Assembly (NCBI GenBank): GCA_017435045.1
Contig: JAFSFT010000031.1
Span: forward strand, 15,274 to 79,273
Source of the DNA: Oscillospiraceae bacterium
GTDB lineage: Bacteria > Bacillota > Clostridia > Oscillospirales > Ruminococcaceae
Reading direction: 5' to 3'
DNA length: 64,000 nucleotides
Position 1 is the first letter of the stretch. Every line of letters starts with the position of its first letter. Below the pieces are notes generated by a model. The model saw only the letters and a program-made list of their open reading frames with translations, was not told the origin of the DNA and did not search any database. The position numbers and the translations under genes were made by a program. Positions 39,891 to 47,935 of the stretch are shown in pieces.

Positions 39891-41012
39891 ATGTTTAACA
39901 AATTTAAGAAACTTGCAGCAGTTTGTGCAGCACTTACACTTACATTTGTGTTTGCTGCTACACCTGTTTCTGCTGCTACATCTGAAGTAACTGCTAAACC
40001 TGGCGAAACAGTAACAGTTAAACTGTTCAATGCAAAAGGCGAATTTGGCGTTGAAGGCGAAATCAGCTACGACAACAAAGGTCTTTTCTCCGACGTTTCT
40101 GTAGACTCCAAAGGCGGTCTCGGCGGCGAAATGACATCTGATGCTGTTTTCCTTTACAGCGGCGAAGAAGGCACAGGTAGCGTAAAACTTAAAGTTACAG
40201 TAAAATCCGATGCTCAGGCTGGCGACAAATGTGTTATCACATTCCCATACGAAACAGCAGACAGAGACGGTAACATGGTTGATAGCGGTGTAAACACTAT
40301 CACAGTTAAAGTTGAAAAGAAATCCAGCTCCGACGACAAAGATGATGACGATGACAAAACACCATCCACACCATCAGCAACACCAGCTCCTGTAGTAAAA
40401 TCTGACCTTACAGAAGCTAACCGCCTTATCGCAATGGTAGGCGAACTCAACAAAGCTGACTACACAAGCGACAGCTGGAATGCTCTTATCGCAGCATTGA
40501 ACAAAGTTAAAGCTCTTACAGTTTACACACCACAGGCAGAAGTTGACGCAGCAGTTGCAGCATTGCAGGCAGCTATCGACGGCCTTGTAAAAATTGACTA
40601 CACAGCACTTCGTGCAGCAATCGATGCAGCAGAAGCTCTCAAATCCGACTCCGAATTTGCAGCTCTCTGGAACGAATTGCTCGCAGCACTTGCAAACGCA
40701 ATGGCTAACCTCGAAGGCACATCTCAGGAAGAAGTTGACGCTAGCGCAGCAGCACTTGCTGATATCGTAGCTAGAATCCAGGCTTATCTTGCAGGCCTTA
40801 CAGAAGCTCCAGTAGTTCAGGAACCAACAGAAGAACCAGTTGAAGGTTGTGGCGTTCCATTCCACAAACTCCTCCTCATCCTTCTCGTTATCAGTGCAGC
40901 TCTCAACGTAGTTCTTGGCGGCGTTCTCTACAAAAATATGCAGAACAAAAACAAGAAACTTAAAGACGGCACACCAATGGTGAACTACAAAGCATCAGAA
41001 GACGATAAATAA
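39891..41012 (+). CDS. Membrane-anchored cohesin-like protein with helical FIVAR-like repeats
   Basis: Signal peptide ...FVFAATPVSA. Cohesin-like beta-sandwich AKPGETVTVKLFNAKGEFGVEGEISYDNKGLFSDVSV...AVFLYSGEEGTGSVKLKVTVKSDAQAGDKCVITFPYE. Asp/Pro/Thr linker. Helical repeats DYTSDSWNALIAALNKVKAL. C-terminal TM LLLILLVISAALNVVLGGVLY followed by a basic tail. Confidence 0.7.
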   Translation: MFNKFKKLAAVCAALTLTFVFAATPVSAATSEVTAKPGETVTVKLFNAKGEFGVEGEISYDNKGLFSDVSVDSKGGLGGEMTSDAVFLYSGEEGTGSVKLKVTVKSDAQAGDKCVITFPYETADRDGNMVDSGVNTITVKVEKKSSSDDKDDDDDKTPSTPSATPAPVVKSDLTEANRLIAMVGELNKADYTSDSWNALIAALNKVKALTVYTPQAEVDAAVAALQAAIDGLVKIDYTALRAAIDAAEALKSDSEFAALWNELLAALANAMANLEGTSQEEVDASAAALADIVARIQAYLAGLTEAPVVQEPTEEPVEGCGVPFHKLLLILLVISAALNVVLGGVLYKNMQNKNKKLKDGTPMVNYKASEDDK

Positions 41013-41027
41013 TAAGGAGCTTATTAA

Positions 41028-42485
41028 GTGTCTGAAAAATTTTCAAGAAAAATAAGCTATAACACCTGGGACGAGGCCTTCAGAGGCCTCGCCCCGAAGG
41101 TGCGTCAGGAATCAGTGCGTGTTGCTGAGTATGCACAGGTGTTATATCTGCAGGCAGTAAAAAGTGATTTTTACTCAGAAAATGAACGGTGGCAGAACAG
41201 AATGCAGTCCCAGTATGGCGAGCTTGCCTTTAAATGCGGATTGTATCATCAGTTCGGCAAGGCATTTATGCCAACAGAGCTTCAGCTGTGGAGCAACAAC
41301 AAAACAGAGGAGCAGCAATCTGCGTACAAGCAGTACACAGTTGATGGTCCTGTGCTTGTTGAGCACCTTCACAGAAAAACTGCAAGAGTAAGAACATGGG
41401 GCAGACAGCAGCCAATCGAGGACAAGATAGAAAATATTCCAACCCTTATGATTATGGAAAGCTGTGCCATGCATATGGAGCGTTTTGACGGTACAGGTTA
41501 TCCTGAAGGCCTTTCTCTGTATGATGTAAGCCCTATCGGCTACATAGTTGGTCTTGCAAAGGAGTTTGACCGCCTTGTGTGCAGCACAAAGTCCGAAACT
41601 CCGTTTGAAGATACCTTTGAAACTCTTACAGGCACATTAAATCAGTTTCCGCCAGAGCTTATTGATTGTCTTAAAAAAGTTAAATCCCAATATGAGGAGA
41701 TTTACAAAAAATACATTCAGTATTCCCGCACTTTGCCTGCAACAATTCCGCTTGTAGACAAAAGGGAAGACAGACCAATGGGGCTTACACTTACCCCAAT
41801 GTTAAGCACAAAAACACAGAAACCTGTATATTATATGGCAGATATATGGTTTGGCACCGAAATTATGAAAGTTCAGGAAGACCTGCCAAGCAACAATCTG
41901 GCATCTGTGTTTAAAAGAACAGGCATCTACCCTCAGCTTTGCACATATTTTATGTACGAAGCCTGCGACACAGTGCTCCGCATGGAGAACTGCCAGCTCA
42001 GTACAGAGGGTGTAATTCTCAACATTCTTCCTGAATTTTACTCACTGACCAACCAGATGGAATTGTTCGACAAGCTTTTTGCCGACCAACCGATTGACAA
42101 AAAGCACTTTATGCTTACAGTTCCGGAAAATGCGGTTATAAACGCAACAAAATCCACATTGGAAAACATCAGACGATATATGCGCCACGGCGTAAATATT
42201 GTGCTTAAAGATTATAACCCTGAAAGATTTTCAGTAGAAAAGCTTACCGAAATCGGCTTTAAATATGTAATTCCGTCAAAGGATCTGTACGGCACAGAAT
42301 ATCTTGCCAGAACAATTCCTATGCTGGAACGCCACAACATTAAGCTTATAGCTGCAGGTGTGGACGAAGCCGACAAGGTTGAATGGTTAAAAGAACACAA
42401 CTTTATCTGTTACGGCGGCCCTGCAGCAGGTGTTGCGGTAACAGAAGACAGCTTAATCCGTGAATGTCTTCTCAGCGAAGACTAA
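41028..42485 (+). CDS. Cytoplasmic protein with degenerate HD-GYP and degenerate EAL-like domains (putative c-di-GMP sensor)
   Basis: GTG start 7 nt after aaggag. LYHQFGK occupies the HD position (HQ at 41247-41252). AMHMERFDGTGYPEGL is the HHExxDGxGYP block with the first H changed to M. The C-terminal ~240 aa has EAL-fold spacing but reads KDYNPERFS instead of DDFGTGYS and IAAGVDEAD instead of AEGVE. Confidence 0.65.
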   Translation: MSEKFSRKISYNTWDEAFRGLAPKVRQESVRVAEYAQVLYLQAVKSDFYSENERWQNRMQSQYGELAFKCGLYHQFGKAFMPTELQLWSNNKTEEQQSAYKQYTVDGPVLVEHLHRKTARVRTWGRQQPIEDKIENIPTLMIMESCAMHMERFDGTGYPEGLSLYDVSPIGYIVGLAKEFDRLVCSTKSETPFEDTFETLTGTLNQFPPELIDCLKKVKSQYEEIYKKYIQYSRTLPATIPLVDKREDRPMGLTLTPMLSTKTQKPVYYMADIWFGTEIMKVQEDLPSNNLASVFKRTGIYPQLCTYFMYEACDTVLRMENCQLSTEGVILNILPEFYSLTNQMELFDKLFADQPIDKKHFMLTVPENAVINATKSTLENIRRYMRHGVNIVLKDYNPERFSVEKLTEIGFKYVIPSKDLYGTEYLARTIPMLERHNIKLIAAGVDEADKVEWLKEHNFICYGGPAAGVAVTEDSLIRECLLSED

Positions 42486-42495
42486 ATGAGAAAAG

Positions 42496-43620
42496 ATGAA
42501 AAAGAACAGCGAACCAAACAACACAAAACCCGAAGACAAGCTTAAACAGCAGCGGACACCTTTAAAGAAAAAACGTGCCGGTGTTGTTCTGTCACGCCAT
42601 CAGGTAAAGGAAATTAAAGCGGGGCGTAAAAAGCTTCGTAAAGAGCTTAAGAAGGCGGGCATAAAAAGCAAAAAGGACTTTGAGGTTACAGCGGCAAGCC
42701 TTGGTCTGTATTTTGACAAGCCAAAGGGCAGCCTGTTCTGGCTGCTGCTCAAGGGCAAAGCCCTGTGGGCACTGCTTGGTGCTGCGGCACTGTTTCTGTC
42801 GGTTCTGTTCCTTTTCTCTCTCCTCGAACAGATGAGAGGTCACTTTACCATCAACCTCAGTGAAGAGATGCTTAACAAAGGTTTTATCTTAAGCGAAACC
42901 GAGGATTTCTCAAACCCTGTAACGGTGCTTTACTGCGAGCCAAAAACCAACGTGGCGGCAACCTCCATATCCCATATCCCTACAGATGTTATGGATCATC
43001 AGGGTATGTATGATGACGACACAGTCTTTGCCTACAGCTTCTTTATGAAGTACGAGGGCGAGGAAACAGGCCATTACCGATATGATATAAAGGTTAACTC
43101 TGAATATCTTGACGTAAGCAAGGCCTGCTGGGTAATGGTTTTTGCAGACGGCGAAATGTCCTTCTATGCCGAAGAAGGCGCAGACGGCCTGCCGGAAAGC
43201 ATACCTGCACAGGACGATAACAGCCGCGGTTATCCGGAAGCATATTTTATGGATTATGCAAAAAATCCGGCCGACCAGTATGAAATTATCAAAGAAATCG
43301 GCAACGCAAAATATTATCGTCTTATACCAAAGCCTTTCAATGACGAAAGACGCGTTACAAGACAGGACGGTATGGCCCTTAACGACCAGGAATATCACAA
43401 ATACACAGTGGTAATCTGGCTGGAGGGTGACGACCCTGAATGTGTAAACGATATTATCGGCGGACATCTCGGTTTACAGATGAACTTTGCACTCCTCGGC
43501 GAAGAGGAAGAAGAGGACTTCGGCCTCAGCAACGAGGGCCTGCTTGATAACCTTGGTCAGTACTGGGTTAAATTTATAGAAGACCTTGAAAGTCTGTTTG
43601 GCGGATTGAAATACGACTAA
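42496..43620 (+). CDS. Family member A: type-II-anchored TasA-like-motif protein with a Lys-rich cytoplasmic tail
   Basis: 374 aa. Tail KKKRAGVV..KAGRKKLRKELKKAGIKSKK. TM ALWALLGAAALFLSVLFLFSLL. The ectodomain ends YTVVIWLEGDDPECVNDIIGGHLGLQMNFALLG, followed by EEEEEDFG. Starts 10 nt after the preceding stop. Confidence 0.6.
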   Translation: MKKNSEPNNTKPEDKLKQQRTPLKKKRAGVVLSRHQVKEIKAGRKKLRKELKKAGIKSKKDFEVTAASLGLYFDKPKGSLFWLLLKGKALWALLGAAALFLSVLFLFSLLEQMRGHFTINLSEEMLNKGFILSETEDFSNPVTVLYCEPKTNVAATSISHIPTDVMDHQGMYDDDTVFAYSFFMKYEGEETGHYRYDIKVNSEYLDVSKACWVMVFADGEMSFYAEEGADGLPESIPAQDDNSRGYPEAYFMDYAKNPADQYEIIKEIGNAKYYRLIPKPFNDERRVTRQDGMALNDQEYHKYTVVIWLEGDDPECVNDIIGGHLGLQMNFALLGEEEEEDFGLSNEGLLDNLGQYWVKFIEDLESLFGGLKYD

Positions 43621-43733
43621 ACTTAAACTTGGCATAAATTGTGCTTTGTTACAGCACTCACAGGGAGGGCTGGCACTGCACATTTATAAATAAATTTTTT
43701 AATCTTTAAAAAATAAGAAAGAAGGAGATTGCA

Positions 43734-45806
43734 ATGAACAACAGAAAAAAGCAGCTTAATTCTATTAAGAAAAAGATGATGGCTGCAACATCTATGTTAT
43801 TGGTAGCATCTATTATGATGGTTTCATCCACATACGCTTGGTTTACACTGTCAACTGCACCAGAAGTTACAGGTATTTCCACAACAGTAGGCGCTAACGG
43901 TAACCTTGAAATCGCATTGGCTAACCCACTTGGTGACCCATCCACAGTTACATCAGGCGTTGGCGATTCCACAGCAAGCGGTAAAGTAGTTACAGCTTCC
44001 AACCTTACTTGGGGTAACCTTGTAGACCTTGGCGATGCAAGCTACGGTCTTAAAGACATCGTTCTCCAGCCTGCAGCACTCAGCGCAGAAGAGGATGCAT
44101 TTACACATGCTATGGTAGTTAAATCCAACATCCTTTCCACACCTGAATACGGTGCAGACGGCAGAGTATCCGCTCTTGTAGACAAATCCACAACAGCGTC
44201 CTTTGATGCTCTGACAGGCAAATGGGTAACAGGTACAACAGAAAACCCAGGTTACGGTGTAAGAGCAGTTGGTCTGCTTTCCGGCCAGAGCGAAACAACT
44301 GTTGCATTCCGTGAAGCACGTGCACAGCTTTCTCAGCAGGCACAGAGTGCTAAAAACTCTGCAAGTGCTGCTTTGGTTGCAAACGGCGACACACTTGGTA
44401 ACGTTATCATCAAAAAAGCTCTCGACGGCGACGCAGCAAGCTTTACAGAAGAAGAACTTGATGCTCTTGGCGAAATGATCGGTGGTCTTGAACACACAAT
44501 GACATACATCGACAAAGCTATCCAGTACGGTGCTCTTGGCCGTGCAGCAAGTGCTGAATTTACAGATACTGTAAAATACGAAGCAATCAAAGCTGCAATT
44601 GCATCCACAGAAACACCTGCAACAGCAGAAAGCATCCTCAAAATCTTCTACGGCACAGTAGCTAATGATGCAGTTACACCTGCAGCTTCTGTTCCAACAG
44701 ATAAAACAGGCGATGTACTTATCGACACATACAACAAATACCTTGCAACAGTAGCTGCTATTGACGTAGCTAACGGTAAATACGAAACAGCTTCAGAAGC
44801 AGGCAACTACTCCTGGGAAGCTATTTCCCCAGTTCTCAACGCACTTGTTGTTTACAACAATGTAACAGTTAACGGCCTTACAGTTGACGATGTTAAAGCT
44901 AACATCAGCGCACTTGTAAACTCTGCTCTTAAAGGCGGTATCAAAGTTACAATGCCAACAGGCTCCGGTGTTATCGCTGACGTTGCTGACCTTGCAGGCG
45001 ACTACTCTGCAGGTATCACACTCAGAAACATCGAATATGCAGGTGCAACTGTAGAAGAACTTCCAGCTACAATGAACACAGCATCCACAGTTGACCCAGA
45101 ACACATCGAAAAAGTTTCTCAGTTCATCCTTTCCAAAGGTGCTATGACTTCCGGTACAGAAGGCGGCGACACATCTACATTTACAGATGCTTACGCTTAC
45201 ATCATCGACCTGTTCTTCAGAACAAACGTTGCAGGCTCTAACCTCCTGCTCCAGACAGAAGCTGTAGACCGTGTATACTCTGACCAGACAGAAGGTGCAA
45301 CACAGGGTAAAGGCAGCTCCATGATTTTCACAACAGAAAATACAGAAGCATTCTCTGTTCCACAGATGAAACAGCTTATGAACTGCATCAAACTTGTATT
45401 TGTTGACGAAGACAATGCAATCCTTGCAAAAGGTATGCTCGACGTTGCTTCCGCAACAGACACAGTTGAAGGCACAACAGGTACTGTTGAAGCAAAAATC
45501 AACCTTTACACAGAAACAACAGTTGACAATGTAACAACTGTAACAAAACTTGAAGGTACAGATGCTAAACTTGCAGCTCTTACACAGAACGAAGCTAAGA
45601 TGGTTTCTGTAATTGTTTACCTCGACGGTGCAAACGTTGACAACTCCATGGTTGCTAACGCTGCAACATCCATGACAGGTATGCTCAACCTCCAGTTTGC
45701 AAGCGATGCACAGCTTGTTCCAATGGAAAACAGCCAGATCAGAGACCTTCCTACAGGTGAAGAAGCAGGCGACAACACAACAGAAGGCGAAGGCGCAGGT
45801 GCATAA
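43734..45806 (+). CDS. Family member B (690 aa): candidate major fibre subunit with a TasA/SipW-type signal motif
   Basis: N-terminus KKKMMAATSMLLVASIMMVSSTYAWFTLSTAPEVTGISTTVGANGNLEIAL (TYAWF at 43830-43844). C-terminal VIVYLDGANVDNSMVANAATSMTGMLNLQFASDAQ. Codon usage is as biased as pheST and the SBP gene. RBS aaggag. Confidence 0.7.
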   Translation: MNNRKKQLNSIKKKMMAATSMLLVASIMMVSSTYAWFTLSTAPEVTGISTTVGANGNLEIALANPLGDPSTVTSGVGDSTASGKVVTASNLTWGNLVDLGDASYGLKDIVLQPAALSAEEDAFTHAMVVKSNILSTPEYGADGRVSALVDKSTTASFDALTGKWVTGTTENPGYGVRAVGLLSGQSETTVAFREARAQLSQQAQSAKNSASAALVANGDTLGNVIIKKALDGDAASFTEEELDALGEMIGGLEHTMTYIDKAIQYGALGRAASAEFTDTVKYEAIKAAIASTETPATAESILKIFYGTVANDAVTPAASVPTDKTGDVLIDTYNKYLATVAAIDVANGKYETASEAGNYSWEAISPVLNALVVYNNVTVNGLTVDDVKANISALVNSALKGGIKVTMPTGSGVIADVADLAGDYSAGITLRNIEYAGATVEELPATMNTASTVDPEHIEKVSQFILSKGAMTSGTEGGDTSTFTDAYAYIIDLFFRTNVAGSNLLLQTEAVDRVYSDQTEGATQGKGSSMIFTTENTEAFSVPQMKQLMNCIKLVFVDEDNAILAKGMLDVASATDTVEGTTGTVEAKINLYTETTVDNVTTVTKLEGTDAKLAALTQNEAKMVSVIVYLDGANVDNSMVANAATSMTGMLNLQFASDAQLVPMENSQIRDLPTGEEAGDNTTEGEGAGA

Positions 45807-45864
45807 TCGTCTAACTGTTTAAGTGCGATTTTGTTATCAATAACAAAAACTTACATATCTTATA

Positions 45865-45888
45865 TCGGGGCAGTGCCAACTGCCCCGA
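45865..45888 (+). other. GC-rich stem-loop after member B (no U-tract)
   Basis: TCGGGGCAG-tgccaa-CTGCCCCGA followed by ctaagataaaaaaa. Confidence 0.45.
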
Positions 45889-45928
45889 CTAAGATAAAAA
45901 AATTTAATAACGGGAGGAAATGTAAACA

Positions 45929-46915
45929 TTGAAAGTTTCACAGTATAAAAACAAAAAACGCTTTCAGATTGTTAAAGTTTTATATGTGACAATTGTCCTT
46001 CTTGCATTGACTACCGTTGCAACTTATACCTGGTTCAATTTAAGTACAAGACCATCCATCAACGATATGTCCATCTATATCAACAGCGGTGTCGGTCTGG
46101 AACTTTCCCTCGATAAAAACAGCGAGGAATGGTCATCCCAGATAGATTTCCGCGAACTGGAGATGGAAAACACCCCACTCGTACCAATCACTTATTCCCA
46201 GGCAGACAACAGCTTTTACACAGTTGTCCACGGTGCAGACGGCAGAATTGCAAGTGTAGACTATAAAATTCAGCCATCGCCAATACCAAAAAGTCTGGAA
46301 AATAACGGTTATTACCTCAAGGTTTCCTTTTTTGGCAGAACAGACGAGGATATAAAGGTTTATCTCTCTCCTGCAGTGGAACTGGAAAGAGGCACAGTTG
46401 GGGCGGGCACATGGCTTATCGGTGCACCTACATGGGATGGCGAAACTGTCAGCCACAAAAACGGCGGCGGCGGTGCCGAATACGCAATGCGTGTTGGCAT
46501 CAACATTACCTATCTTAACGAACTGGGCAACAGTACAGGCAATTCTGTCTTTTATATGTACGAGCCTAACTACGACGGACATCTTGACGGCTCCACAGGC
46601 TATGTTGAGACAAAGTCTGTAAACGGAGACCCGCTTATAAACGAGCAGTTTCTTATAAAACAGACCAAATCCACCTGGCGTGATGCCGACCTTGTGCAGA
46701 AAAATGTTATTATCAGCGACCTTGGCACCTTTGACAAGGAACCGTTGCTCTTTGAAATTGACGAGGGCGAAATGGTGCAGATAGAGCTTTATTTCTGGCT
46801 GGAAGGTCAGGATATCGACTGCGGCAACCTGCTTAACGAACAGTGTATGATTATGTCAAACATTCAGTTCCGTGCAGAAACAGAGGGCAGCAGCGAACTG
46901 CGTCCTATCTATTGA
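45929..46915 (+). CDS. Family member C (328 aa), TasA/SipW-type signal motif
   Basis: TTG start after gggagg. VLYVTIVLLALTTVATYTWFNLSTRPSINDMSIYINSGVGLELSL. HGADGRIASV parallels YGADGRVSAL of member B. C-terminal IELYFWLEGQDIDCGNLLNEQCMIMSNIQFRAE. Confidence 0.65.
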   Translation: MKVSQYKNKKRFQIVKVLYVTIVLLALTTVATYTWFNLSTRPSINDMSIYINSGVGLELSLDKNSEEWSSQIDFRELEMENTPLVPITYSQADNSFYTVVHGADGRIASVDYKIQPSPIPKSLENNGYYLKVSFFGRTDEDIKVYLSPAVELERGTVGAGTWLIGAPTWDGETVSHKNGGGGAEYAMRVGINITYLNELGNSTGNSVFYMYEPNYDGHLDGSTGYVETKSVNGDPLINEQFLIKQTKSTWRDADLVQKNVIISDLGTFDKEPLLFEIDEGEMVQIELYFWLEGQDIDCGNLLNEQCMIMSNIQFRAETEGSSELRPIY

Positions 46916-46965
46916 TGTTGCTGCTTTTACAGCAGACAGATTGTTATGTAATTTTTATAAATTGC

Positions 46966-47011
46966 ATACCAATCAAAGAACATAAAGCTTTTTGTGTTCT
47001 TTGATTGGTAT
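46966..47011 (+). other. Strong 17-bp stem-loop upstream of the first SipW gene
   Basis: ATACCAATCAAAGAACA (46966-46982) / TGTTCTTTGATTGGTAT (46995-47011). The T-run lies in the loop, not 3' of the stem. TATAAT follows immediately at 47011-47016. Confidence 0.5.
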
Positions 47012-47047
47012 ATAATGACCAAAAATATGTTTTCTTAGGAGGCGCTA

Positions 47048-47935
47048 ATGAAACTGAATAAATTTAACAAAAAAGAAAAACAACAGTTGCGGCAGGCTGC
47101 AGCGGGCGGCAATGTTGCAGAAAATGCCAACGGCGAAGTTATTGTTGTTGAAGAAGAAAAAGGAAGTATCTTAAACACAATTGTTAACGTCTTCCTTGTA
47201 GTTGCTATTGTAATAGCAGTTGTATGTACATATGTGTCATTTGTATCTACATCGGGCAGTGGTGTGCCAAGTATCCTTGGTATAAGACCATTCTCCATCC
47301 AGACAGAATCCATGTATCCTACATTCCTGCCTGGCGACCTTATCATCGATACAGCAGTTGACGACACAAGCGAGCTTGAGGTTGGCGATATCATCACATA
47401 CTGGACAATCATCAACGGCGAACGTGTACTCAACACCCATAGAATTTCAGCTATATATGACGGCGGCGGATACCTCATCTTTGCCACACAGGGTGATAAC
47501 AACCAGTCTGCCGACGCACTTACCGTTCACGAATCGGAGGTTGTAGGTAAGTATAAATTCAGGATACAGGGGTTAGGTAAAGTCTTTGACTATCTGCAGA
47601 CAAGCACAGGCTTCCTTATCGTTGTAGTTGTTCCTGTATTTATCTTCTTTATCTTCCACCTTATCAAGTTCTTCCAGGTGCTCTTTGAATATCAGAACAT
47701 CAAGAACAGAATCGTTTACGAACAGGAAAGAGGCAATGCAGAGGAACTTATTGCTGAACAGAAACGTCAGCAGGAAGAACTTAACCGTCTGCGTGAAGAA
47801 CAGAAAAACAAAGAAAAACAGGAGCTGGAAGAAAAACTGCGTGCTCAGCTTAAAGCTGAAATCCTCGCAGATATGCTCAAGGAAAAAGAAGCTGCTGCAC
47901 CTGCAGAAGCTGCACAAAACGTTGAGGAAGTATAA
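47048..47935 (+). CDS. Signal peptidase I, archaeal/ER (SipW) type, copy 1, with a C-terminal TM and coiled-coil tail
   Basis: 295 aa. Catalytic blocks FSIQTESMYPTFLPGDLII, NTHRISAI and ATQGDNN; compare B. subtilis SipW SGSMEP / THRI / TKGDNN (from memory). Second TM FLIVVVVPVFIFFIFHLIKFF, then EQKRQQEELNRLREEQKNKEKQELEEKLRAQLKAE. Confidence 0.8.
   Translation: MKLNKFNKKEKQQLRQAAAGGNVAENANGEVIVVEEEKGSILNTIVNVFLVVAIVIAVVCTYVSFVSTSGSGVPSILGIRPFSIQTESMYPTFLPGDLIIDTAVDDTSELEVGDIITYWTIINGERVLNTHRISAIYDGGGYLIFATQGDNNQSADALTVHESEVVGKYKFRIQGLGKVFDYLQTSTGFLIVVVVPVFIFFIFHLIKFFQVLFEYQNIKNRIVYEQERGNAEELIAEQKRQQEELNRLREEQKNKEKQELEEKLRAQLKAEILADMLKEKEAAAPAEAAQNVEEV

Noticed and set aside
43830-43860. AWFTLS resembles the type IV pilin G/FTL(I/L)E prepilin motif.
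   Set aside because: In type IV pilins the hydrophobic helix follows the cleavage motif, and a Glu sits at +5. Here the hydrophobic segment precedes the motif. There is no PilD, PilB, PilC or PilM-O gene, and two SipW-type peptidases are present instead.
47011-47016. TATAAT immediately after the 46966-47011 hairpin, as an internal promoter for sipW-1.
   Set aside because: No acceptable -35 lies at 16-18 nt spacing; that region is the hairpin arm and loop (cttttt/ttgtgt). It is kept only as a remark inside the hairpin feature.
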